Shown one piece after another: positions 49,979 to 57,145 of a stretch of 64,000 bases of DNA. Source of the stretch: Tissierellales bacterium. GTDB lineage: Bacteria > Bacillota > Clostridia > Tissierellales > Tissierellaceae. The notes under the pieces are model-generated. The model saw only the letters and a list, made by a program, of their open reading frames with translations. It did no database searches and was not told the DNA's origin. The stretch covers positions 39,183 through 103,182 of the forward strand of contig JASLAT010000023.1 of NCBI GenBank assembly GCA_030146915.1, written 5' to 3'. Numbering within the stretch: the first letter of the stretch is position 1; each line of letters starts with the position of its first letter. Made by a program: the position numbers and the translations under genes.

Positions 49979-50244
49979 TTAATGTGATTTTAAATGGTAA
50001 AAAAATAGATAGTATTGATAATTTTTACGAGGTTTTAGATAAGTATTTAAATTTTCCTCCATATTTTGGCAAAAATTTAGATGCTTTATATGATGTTTTG
50101 TCAGAGGATAATAGGACAATAAGATTTATAATCAAAAATCACTTAGAATTAGAGAGTACCCTAGGTGAATTTTATTTTAAATTATTAGTTTTACTAGAGG
50201 ACTTATCTAATGAATATTCTAATATAAGTTTAAAAATCAAATAA
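49975..50244 (+). CDS. Barstar-family ribonuclease inhibitor
   Basis: LNGKKIDSIDNFYEVL..YFGKNLDALYDVL matches the barstar binding helix (ENLDALWDCL). The ATGA overlap with the barnase stop suggests translational coupling. Confidence 0.85.
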   Translation: MINVILNGKKIDSIDNFYEVLDKYLNFPPYFGKNLDALYDVLSEDNRTIRFIIKNHLELESTLGEFYFKLLVLLEDLSNEYSNISLKIK

Positions 50245-50247
50245 GGT

Positions 50248-50276
50248 TTGACAAAACTTTAGTTATAAGCTATTAT
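50248..50276 (+). promoter_or_regulatory. Sigma-A promoter driving the riboswitch leader
   Basis: TTGACA (50248-50253), a 17-nt spacer, then TATTAT (50271-50276). Confidence 0.75.
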
Positions 50277-50285
50277 TTACCTTAA

Positions 50286-50375
50286 TAGAGGGAGTAACTT
50301 TCCTGAGGGAACTAAGGTCGTCATTACGGATTTAATCCCGGCTTTAGTGGCTATAAAAAGCTTAGTGAGACTCTA
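50286..50375 (+). promoter_or_regulatory. yybP-ykoY (Mn2+) riboswitch aptamer
   Basis: AGAGGGAGUAAC ... AAGGUCGUCAUUACGG-loop-CCCGGCUUUAGUGGCUAUA ... CUUAGUGAGACUCU aligns segment by segment with the L. lactis yoaB Mn2+ riboswitch (GGGGAGUAGC ... AAAGUCGUCAAUUCG ... CCGGCUUUGUUGACAUA ... UUUAGCAAGACC). Confidence 0.85.
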
Positions 50376-50401
50376 CAGCGAGTGCTGTAGAGTCTTTTTT
50401 T
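50368..50401 (+). terminator. Riboswitch expression-platform terminator
   Basis: A 12-bp perfect stem agactctacagc/gctgtagagtct, loop gagt, then a T-run. The 5' arm overlaps the 3' strand of aptamer P1. Confidence 0.9.
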
Positions 50402-50429
50402 ATTTAATCATTATTAGGAGGATGATTTT

Positions 50430-51428
50430 ATGGATAGTTTAATTATTATGTTTTTAGATAGTTTTCCAACTATAGGATTAGTAGTTATATTTTTTATTAG
50501 TTTATTTATATTAAGTAAGGGAGCAGATTTTTTAGTAGATGAAGCGATTATTTTATCTATCCTTTGGAAGATCCCAACTGTTATTGTAGGGGCTACTATA
50601 GTTAGCTTAGGAACTACTGTTCCGGAAGTTACTGTATCAGCAATGGCAACTTTAAAGGGAAACTCTTCATTGGCTTTAGGTAATGCAATAGGATCAATCA
50701 TAACAAATACAACTTTAATATTAGGATTAACTGCTTTGATAGATAATATATCTGTAGATAAGACTATGATAAATAGGCAAGGTAGAGTAATGGTTATTGT
50801 ATCTATATTGCTATCCATATTTTCTTTGCCAATTTTAAATAATGGGCAACAGGGTTTAATAACAAGATATATGGGAGCATTACTATTAACATTTTTAGCA
50901 ATATATATTTACATAACAATAAAAAGCTCCAGAGAAGTGGAATCTAAAAGTGGTCCAGTTGAAAAAGGTAAGTCCATATTAATACAACTGGTTAAATTAT
51001 TATTAGGAGCTTTAATAGTTATTTTATCATCTAAAATTCTTGTACCAAGTGTAGAGTTATTGGCTAGTAGAGTTGGTATACCTGATAGTGTTATAGCAGC
51101 AACGTTAGTTGCTTTTGGAACCAGTGTGCCAGAGCTTATAACAGCAATAACTGCTGTTAGAAGAGGTCATGGAGAGTTAGCTATAGGTAATGTTATAGGG
51201 GCTAATATATTGAATGTTTTATTTGTTGTAGGTCTTTCCGCTGTTTTAAGTAGGAATGGTTTATTAGTTCCAACATTTTATTTTAAGCTACAAATACCAA
51301 TAATGATAGTATCTGCAGCAGCGCTGTATATTCTTGCTAAAAATAAGAAAAGTAAATTAGATAAGTTTTCAGGAGGAGTATTATTATCTATATATATAAT
51401 TTATTTAGCTTTGAATTATTTACTTTAA
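50430..51428 (+). CDS. CaCA-family (YrbG/NCX-like) cation antiporter
   Basis: Two alpha-repeat motifs (LGTTVPEV and FGTSVPEL) and about 10 TM segments. Confidence 0.85.
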   Translation: MDSLIIMFLDSFPTIGLVVIFFISLFILSKGADFLVDEAIILSILWKIPTVIVGATIVSLGTTVPEVTVSAMATLKGNSSLALGNAIGSIITNTTLILGLTALIDNISVDKTMINRQGRVMVIVSILLSIFSLPILNNGQQGLITRYMGALLLTFLAIYIYITIKSSREVESKSGPVEKGKSILIQLVKLLLGALIVILSSKILVPSVELLASRVGIPDSVIAATLVAFGTSVPELITAITAVRRGHGELAIGNVIGANILNVLFVVGLSAVLSRNGLLVPTFYFKLQIPIMIVSAAALYILAKNKKSKLDKFSGGVLLSIYIIYLALNYLL

Positions 51429-51498
51429 TATTGCAAGACTTAGACCTTGCATATACAATGATATTTGGAAGGTCAAAAAAACTAAAAGGAGTAATAGT

Positions 51499-52266
51499 AT
51501 GAAAAAAATACTAGGTAAAATTATTTATAATATAAGTAGACTATTAGATCTAACCTTAGGATTTCTTATAGATATTTTAGAAACAGTTTTATCTGTAATG
51601 AAAACACTGGGACGAGCTTTTTTAGGATTAATAGCTTTTATATTTTTCTTTACTATGATGTTTATGTTTGGTGGGTTGCTTGGAATTTTATTAATCCCAA
51701 CTGCTTTGAAATTGTTTTTAATATTTATAGTGATACCTTTTTTTCTAGAATATATTGTTGAAGGATTAAAATTAGTTAAGTATGGTTTAACAGAGTACTT
51801 ATATGATGTATCAAACTCTTTAATAGATAATAAAAAGAAAAGATTACAAGGCTTCATATCATATTTTGAAGAATATATTAATATAAAAAGAGAGAGAAAA
51901 AGAAGAGCTGAGGAAGAAAGAATAAGGTATGAACAAGCAAGAAGGCAAGCTCAAGAAGAAGCATGGAGAAGATTTTTTGAACAAGCAACAGGAGCAGGTG
52001 GATTTAATACAAATACAGGATATGGAAATAATACTGGTGTATTTGATATAGGTTTTAAAGAAAAATATGAGGCCTCCTGTGATATATTGGGTGTTAATTA
52101 TAATGCTAGTAAGGATGACATAAGAAAGGCATATAGATCTTTAGCTAAAAAATATCATCCAGATTTAAATAAATCAGAGGATGCAACAGAGAAATTTCAA
52201 GAAATAAATATGGCACATGATTTTTTAAATGAAGAGAATATTATGAAATATAGGAATTTAAAATAG
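51499..52266 (+). CDS. Membrane protein with C-terminal J domain (DnaJ-like)
   Basis: Three N-terminal TM helices, an R/E/Q-rich coiled coil, and a J domain [30 protein letters not shown] with an HPD motif. Confidence 0.75.
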   Translation: MKKILGKIIYNISRLLDLTLGFLIDILETVLSVMKTLGRAFLGLIAFIFFFTMMFMFGGLLGILLIPTALKLFLIFIVIPFFLEYIVEGLKLVKYGLTEYLYDVSNSLIDNKKKRLQGFISYFEEYINIKRERKRRAEEERIRYEQARRQAQEEAWRRFFEQATGAGGFNTNTGYGNNTGVFDIGFKEKYEASCDILGVNYNASKDDIRKAYRSLAKKYHPDLNKSEDATEKFQEINMAHDFLNEENIMKYRNLK

Positions 52267-52276
52267 AGGTGTTTAA

Positions 52277-52669
52277 ATGAAGTTTTTAAAAAAGTTTATG
52301 AGAGGAAGAAATGGTATAGATCAACTATCATTATCACTTATAATTTTATCATTAACTTTAATAGTGCTGCATAAGTTATTTAAAGTAAATCTTTTTTATT
52401 ATATCTCTTTATTAAATGTTATTTTTGCTTATTTTAGGGTTTTTTCTAAAAACCTAAGTGTTAGACAAGAGGAGAATCAAAAATTTTTAGAGTTAAGCTA
52501 TCCTATTAGAAAAAAAGTTAAATTATCTTTAAGTAGACTTGCTGATTTGAAAGATTATAAATATTTTAAATGTTCAGCATGCAATCAAACTATAAGGGTT
52601 CCTAGAAAAAAAGGAAAAATTTCAATAACTTGCCCTAAGTGTAAAAATAAAATGATAAGAAGAACATAA
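52277..52669 (+). CDS. Small membrane protein with C-terminal zinc ribbon
   Basis: Two TM helices, then CSACNQ...CPKCKN (CxxC-N16-CxxC). Confidence 0.55.
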   Translation: MKFLKKFMRGRNGIDQLSLSLIILSLTLIVLHKLFKVNLFYYISLLNVIFAYFRVFSKNLSVRQEENQKFLELSYPIRKKVKLSLSRLADLKDYKYFKCSACNQTIRVPRKKGKISITCPKCKNKMIRRT

Positions 52670-52697
52670 AGCAACAAAATCGTTGCTTTGTTTTTTT
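52668..52697 (+). terminator. Intrinsic terminator
   Basis: aaagcaac-aaaatc-gttgcttt followed by gttttttt. Confidence 0.9.
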
Positions 52698-52777
52698 AGA
52701 GAATAATGATACTTATATTGAGAAAAAAAGTTCTGTTTATGATAAAATGTAAAAGTAAAAGAAATGGAGGATGTTAT

Positions 52778-53299
52778 ATGGATTTGAAATCAACAATAAG
52801 AATTATAGAAGACTTTCCTAAGGAAGGCATAAGTTTTAAAGATATTACTACTTTAACTAAAAATGGACCAGCTTTTAAGGAGGCCGTTAAGATTATGGCT
52901 GATAACTTAAGGGATAAAGATGTCGACTATATCGCAGGACCAGAAGCTAGAGGATTTATTTTTGGTGCAGCTGTTGCTTATGAGTTAGGAGTTGGATTTG
53001 TTCAGATTAGAAAGAAAGGTAAGTTACCAGGTAAGGTAAAAGAAGCTAGTTACGATTTAGAGTATGGGTCTAATACTTTACAAGTACATGTAGATTCTAT
53101 AGAAAAAGGAAAAAATGTTGCTATAGTAGATGATTTACTAGCTACAGGTGGTACAGTTTCTGCAGTATCTAAATTGATAACGGAAGAGTTTGAAGCTAAT
53201 TTAGTAGGACTAGAGTTTTTAATAGAATTAACTTCTTTAGAAGGTAGAAAAAAATTAAAAGGATATGATGTTAACTCTATTGTAACGTATGATATTTAA
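52778..53299 (+). CDS. apt: Adenine phosphoribosyltransferase
   Basis: [15 protein letters not shown] and the PRPP motif [13 protein letters not shown]. The ATG at 52778 follows SD GGAGGA; the track start at 52706 is an upstream extension. Confidence 0.95.
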   Translation: MDLKSTIRIIEDFPKEGISFKDITTLTKNGPAFKEAVKIMADNLRDKDVDYIAGPEARGFIFGAAVAYELGVGFVQIRKKGKLPGKVKEASYDLEYGSNTLQVHVDSIEKGKNVAIVDDLLATGGTVSAVSKLITEEFEANLVGLEFLIELTSLEGRKKLKGYDVNSIVTYDI

Positions 53300-53314
53300 G
53301 GCAGGTAGATTTAA

Positions 53315-54382
53315 TTGATATCTGATGGAGCTTTTAATGATTTAAATATATTGCATTTAGATATGGATGCTTTTTATGCGTCTGTTGAAGAAGTTGATGA
53401 TCCAAGTTTAAAAGGTAAACCTGTAATAGTCGGTGGATTAAGTAATCATGGTGTTGTTACTACAGCAAATTATGAAGCAAGAAAATATGGAGTACACTCT
53501 GCAATGCCTGCTTTTAAAGCTAAGGAGCTTTGTCCATATGGAATATATCTTAAACCTAGGATGAATAGATATAGGCAAGTTTCTGATGATATATTTAAAA
53601 TTTTGCGTCAATTTACAAACTCAATAGAGAAGCTATCTGTGGATGAAGCTTATTTAGATATAAGTCAAGTAAAAGCAAATCGGTTAGATATTATAAAAGA
53701 AATAAAAGATAAGGTCTATAGAAATGTTGGTATAACAATGTCTATAGGCTTATCTTATAATAAGTTTCTAGCAAAAATCGCTTCAGATTGGAACAAACCA
53801 AACGGACTTAAAATAATTGATTCTAGTATGGTTCCAGAAATTTTATATAATTTGAATATAAATAAAGTTTATGGAATTGGCCCTAAGTCTTCTGAAAAAT
53901 TAAATAATATAGGAGTATTTACGGTAAGAGATTTAATCAGGCTAGATGAGGAATTTCTTATTGATTTGTTTGGTAAATCAGGTAGGGAAATATATTATAG
54001 GATCAGAGGAATAGATAGCAGAGCAGTAGAGATAGGTAGGGAAAGAAAATCATTAGGAGTTGAAAGAACCTTTAATAAGTCGACATTGAATAGAGAAAAA
54101 CTAGAAAACTATTTGCGGGAATATACAAAGAAGCTCTGTGAAGATTTAAAATCAAAAGGATTGAAAGCTAGGACAGTTAATATAAAAGTAAAAGACGACG
54201 AGTTTAAGACCCAAACAAGAAGTAAGACATTATCTACATACATAGAAGATTTTGATGATATCTATAAAATAGGGCTAGAGCTTCTTAAAGAAGTTAAATT
54301 GGATAGAAGTATTAGATTATTAGGTATAAGTGTATCAAATTTAATATCTATTAATCTTGAGCAATTGTCTTTATTTGAATAG
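53315..54382 (+). CDS. dinB: DNA polymerase IV (Y-family)
   Basis: HLDMDAFYASVE, SVDEAYLD and SIGLSYNKFLAKIASD motifs. TTG start. Confidence 0.9.
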   Translation: MISDGAFNDLNILHLDMDAFYASVEEVDDPSLKGKPVIVGGLSNHGVVTTANYEARKYGVHSAMPAFKAKELCPYGIYLKPRMNRYRQVSDDIFKILRQFTNSIEKLSVDEAYLDISQVKANRLDIIKEIKDKVYRNVGITMSIGLSYNKFLAKIASDWNKPNGLKIIDSSMVPEILYNLNINKVYGIGPKSSEKLNNIGVFTVRDLIRLDEEFLIDLFGKSGREIYYRIRGIDSRAVEIGRERKSLGVERTFNKSTLNREKLENYLREYTKKLCEDLKSKGLKARTVNIKVKDDEFKTQTRSKTLSTYIEDFDDIYKIGLELLKEVKLDRSIRLLGISVSNLISINLEQLSLFE

Positions 54383-54394
54383 GGGGATATAACG

Positions 54395-54916
54395 ATGAAA
54401 GCTTTATTAGTAATTGATATGCTAAATGATTTTATAAGAGAAGATGGAAAACTTACAAATGGTAAACCTGGTTTAGAAATTGTTCCTTATATTAAAAATA
54501 AAATTAAGGAATATAGGGATAAAAACTATAAAATAATTTATATTTGTGATAATCATGAAGAGGATGATTTAGAGTTTAAGATGTTCCCAAAACATTGTGT
54601 TAAAGGTAGTGAAGGAAGTGCAATAATTAAAGAACTATCTCCTTTAGTGGATGATAAAATAATACTAAAGAGAAGATATAGTGCCTTTTTTGGAACAGAG
54701 TTAGATTTATATCTTAGAGAAAATAAAATTAATGAGATAGGTATTGTAGGAGTTTGTACAAATATTTGTGTGCTATATACAACAGCTGATGCTAGAAATT
54801 TATCTTATGAAGTAAGTGTATATAAAAAGGGAGTAGCATCTTTTGATGAGGCAGCGCATAAATTTGCTTTAAAAGAAATAGAGTCTACTCTTGGTGCTAA
54901 AGTTATAGAGGAATAG
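54395..54916 (+). CDS. Isochorismatase-family cysteine hydrolase (nicotinamidase-like)
   Basis: LLVIDMLNDF (catalytic Asp), K in LKRRYSAF, and Cys in GVCTNICV. Confidence 0.8.
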   Translation: MKALLVIDMLNDFIREDGKLTNGKPGLEIVPYIKNKIKEYRDKNYKIIYICDNHEEDDLEFKMFPKHCVKGSEGSAIIKELSPLVDDKIILKRRYSAFFGTELDLYLRENKINEIGIVGVCTNICVLYTTADARNLSYEVSVYKKGVASFDEAAHKFALKEIESTLGAKVIEE

Positions 54917-54925
54917 GGGGTTTAT

Positions 54926-55663
54926 ATGACCTGTTATAAGAAACAATTAAAAGTTCCATACTATCAATCTGATAAGGATGAGTATATGAGTCCAGTTTAT
55001 ATACTTAAAAATTTAGGTGAAATTTCAATTTCACACAATATCGAAGCATCTAAATCATTAGGTGATGAGTATAGTCAATATGGATGGATGTTAAATAAGT
55101 GGAAAGTTAGAATAAGTAAATATCCAAGAGTATTAGATGATATTGAGATAGTCACATGGATTTCTAAAGTAGATAGATTTTTTGTTAATAGGGAATTTTT
55201 AATAAAAGGATCTGATGGAGAATCTTTAGTTTATGCAACATCTCTTTGGATTTTTATTGACATGGAGAGAAGAAAGCCAGCTAGAATTAAGGATGATATG
55301 ATAGATTCAAAATTAATATATAATAAATCGTATTTAAAATCTTATACTAGGTTTCCTAAAAAATTTAAAGTAGATAATAGTATTGATTTTAAAGTAAGGC
55401 GAGAAGATATAGATTGGAATCAACATGTAAATAATGCTAACTATCTAAGTTGGATAATAGAATCCGTTCCAGATAATATTGTTAGTAGTTATAGGTTAAT
55501 AGAATTCGAGATAGATTATAGACAGGAACTAACTTATCCAAATATAATTTCAGCAAATAGTAAGTTTGTAACAGATAAAGAAATTAATTTAATACATTCT
55601 ATTACTAGTAGTGAAGGTGATATTGTCCATACTTTAGGATCAACAATTTGGCAAAAAAAGTAA
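54926..55663 (+). CDS. Acyl-ACP thioesterase
   Basis: Double hotdog layout with the DWNQHVNNANY motif typical of the FatA/B-like thioesterase family. Confidence 0.75.
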   Translation: MTCYKKQLKVPYYQSDKDEYMSPVYILKNLGEISISHNIEASKSLGDEYSQYGWMLNKWKVRISKYPRVLDDIEIVTWISKVDRFFVNREFLIKGSDGESLVYATSLWIFIDMERRKPARIKDDMIDSKLIYNKSYLKSYTRFPKKFKVDNSIDFKVRREDIDWNQHVNNANYLSWIIESVPDNIVSSYRLIEFEIDYRQELTYPNIISANSKFVTDKEINLIHSITSSEGDIVHTLGSTIWQKK

Positions 55664-55700
55664 AAAGTAGTGGCGATATATTAAAATAAAATTAAAAGTG

Positions 55701-55729
55701 TTGCATTATTTAAAAAATAGTGTTATAAT
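55701..55729 (+). promoter_or_regulatory. Extended -10 sigma-A promoter of the cold-shock gene
   Basis: TTGCAT (55701-55706), a 17-nt spacer ending in TGT, then TATAAT (55724-55729). This leaves a 5' UTR of about 140 nt. Confidence 0.7.
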
Positions 55730-55875
55730 AACTATTGTAGCTTTAATTCGTGAGTAAGAGTAATACGCAATAATTTCTAACACTGTATTTTTAATTGTCA
55801 TATAGACATGGAAATTTTATTGTTGGTATTTTTTACAACTGGATTAAAGAAATAAAATTTTCGGAGGTATATGCA

Positions 55876-56073
55876 ATGAAAGGTACAGTAAAATGGTTTA
55901 ACGCAGAAAAAGGTTTTGGATTTATAACAACTGAGGAAGGAACAGATGTTTTCGCTCATTTCTCACAAATAAACAAAGAAGGATTCAAAACTTTAGAAGA
56001 AGGACAAGAAGTAGAATTTGAAGTTGTTGAAGGCGAAAAAGGCTTACAAGCTGAAAATATAAACATATTATAA
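55876..56073 (+). CDS. Cold-shock protein (CspA family)
   Basis: [17 protein letters not shown] (RNP1) and VFAHFS (RNP2). The ATG at 55876 follows SD GGAGGT; the track start at 55795 is an artefactual extension. Confidence 0.95.
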   Translation: MKGTVKWFNAEKGFGFITTEEGTDVFAHFSQINKEGFKTLEEGQEVEFEVVEGEKGLQAENINIL

Positions 56074-56091
56074 TTTATAATTAGACAACTG

Positions 56092-56130
56092 ACCTCTTAA
56101 AGATTCGTTCTTTAAGAGGTTTTCTATTTT
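56092..56130 (+). terminator. Intrinsic terminator after csp
   Basis: acctcttaaag-loop-ctttaagaggt followed by tttctatttt. Confidence 0.9.
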
Positions 56131-56166
56131 ATATTTATATAAAAATACCAATAAAGGAGAATTCAA

Positions 56167-56913
56167 ATGAGTGATAAAGTATTAGCGAGAGTTGAAGATA
56201 AGGAAATAACAAATGAGGTTGTAGATAAGTTTTTAACAGAATTAGGACCTCAAGTATCCATGCAATTTAATAATCCTATGGGAAGAAAAAGAATTGTAGA
56301 TGAGCTGGTAAGTCAAGAATTATTCTATTTAAATGCTCTAGAAGAAGGTATTGATAAGGAAGAAGGATTTTTAACAGAGTTAGAAAAATTAAAAGAAGGT
56401 TTATTAAAACAATATGTTATTGGTAAACTATTGGAAGATGTAAAAGTTGAAGATGCTGATCTTGAAGAATATTATAATGAAAATACTGAAATGTTTAAAA
56501 AACCAGAAACTGTTATGGCAAGTCATATTTTAGTAGATAGTGAAGAAAAAGCTAATGATATAGCTAAAGAAATCAAGGATGGATTAGCTTTTGAAGAAGC
56601 AGCTAAGGAATATTCTAGTTGTCCATCAAATCAACAAGGTGGTAATTTAGGAGAGTTTGGAAGAGGACAGATGGTACCAGAATTTGAAGAAGCTGCTTTT
56701 TCTTTAGAAATAGATGAACTATCTTCTCCTGTAAAAACTGACCATGGATATCACTTAATAGTTGTAAAGGAAAAGAACGAAGAAGGTATTATACCTTTCG
56801 AAGAAGTAAAAGAAAACTTAAGAATGCAATTATTAGGATTAAAACAACAAGAAAAATATTTAGCAAAAAGTGATGAATTAAAAGAAAAATATGATGTTGA
56901 AGTAAACATTTAA
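56167..56913 (+). CDS. Parvulin-type peptidyl-prolyl isomerase (PpiC/PrsA-like, no signal peptide seen)
   Basis: ASHILV, CPSNQQGGNLGEFGRGQMVPEFE and DHGYHLI motifs. Confidence 0.8.
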   Translation: MSDKVLARVEDKEITNEVVDKFLTELGPQVSMQFNNPMGRKRIVDELVSQELFYLNALEEGIDKEEGFLTELEKLKEGLLKQYVIGKLLEDVKVEDADLEEYYNENTEMFKKPETVMASHILVDSEEKANDIAKEIKDGLAFEEAAKEYSSCPSNQQGGNLGEFGRGQMVPEFEEAAFSLEIDELSSPVKTDHGYHLIVVKEKNEEGIIPFEEVKENLRMQLLGLKQQEKYLAKSDELKEKYDVEVNI

Positions 56914-56932
56914 CTAATAGTATTTAAAAAAT

Positions 56933-56992
56933 AATACTTCCAGAGTAGAAGGTCTAATTAAAGATTAACTATCTATCTGGAAGTATTTTTTT
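56933..56992 (+). terminator. Long-loop terminator after the parvulin gene
   Basis: aatacttccaga ... tctggaagtatt followed by tttttt. The loop is 31 nt. Confidence 0.65.
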
Positions 56993-57059
56993 GTAGAATT
57001 AAATATATTGTAACTAGATAAAAAATATTACTTTAAGTTAAGAATTTTATATTTAAAGT

Positions 57060-57088
57060 TTGTATTAGAATACATAATTATATATATT
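57060..57088 (+). promoter_or_regulatory. Candidate sigma-A promoter of the nrdD-like gene
   Basis: TTGTAT (57060-57065), a 17-nt spacer, then TATATT (57083-57088). Confidence 0.5.
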
Positions 57089-57104
57089 GCACTAGATATA
57101 GATG
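57089..57104 (+). promoter_or_regulatory. NrdR-box-like palindrome 1
   Basis: GCACTAGATATAGATG compared with the NrdR consensus acaCwAtATaTwGtgt. The core CTAGATATAG matches 9 of 10 positions. Confidence 0.45.
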
Positions 57105-57119
57105 TTTGATATTATATAT

Positions 57120-57135
57120 AGACAATATGTGGTTA
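57120..57135 (+). promoter_or_regulatory. NrdR-box-like palindrome 2
   Basis: AGACAATATGTGGTTA has a core matching 8 of 10 positions. Its centre is 31 bp from box 1, the typical tandem NrdR-box spacing, and it overlaps the SD. Confidence 0.4.
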
Positions 57136-57145
57136 GGAGGATTGG

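Noticed and set aside
44914-50244. Possible genomic island integrated at the tmRNA 3' end. tmRNA genes are classic integration sites, and the block contains orphan small ORFs, a SIMPL protein, a thioesterase, a TIM-barrel protein, a GDPD enzyme and barnase/barstar.
   Set aside because: There is no integrase, recombinase or excisionase. I could find no direct repeat of the tmRNA 3' end (e.g. GGTTCGACTCCCACCGCCTCCACCA) anywhere downstream, and no obvious compositional shift. It may be an old accessory block, but mobility is unsupported.
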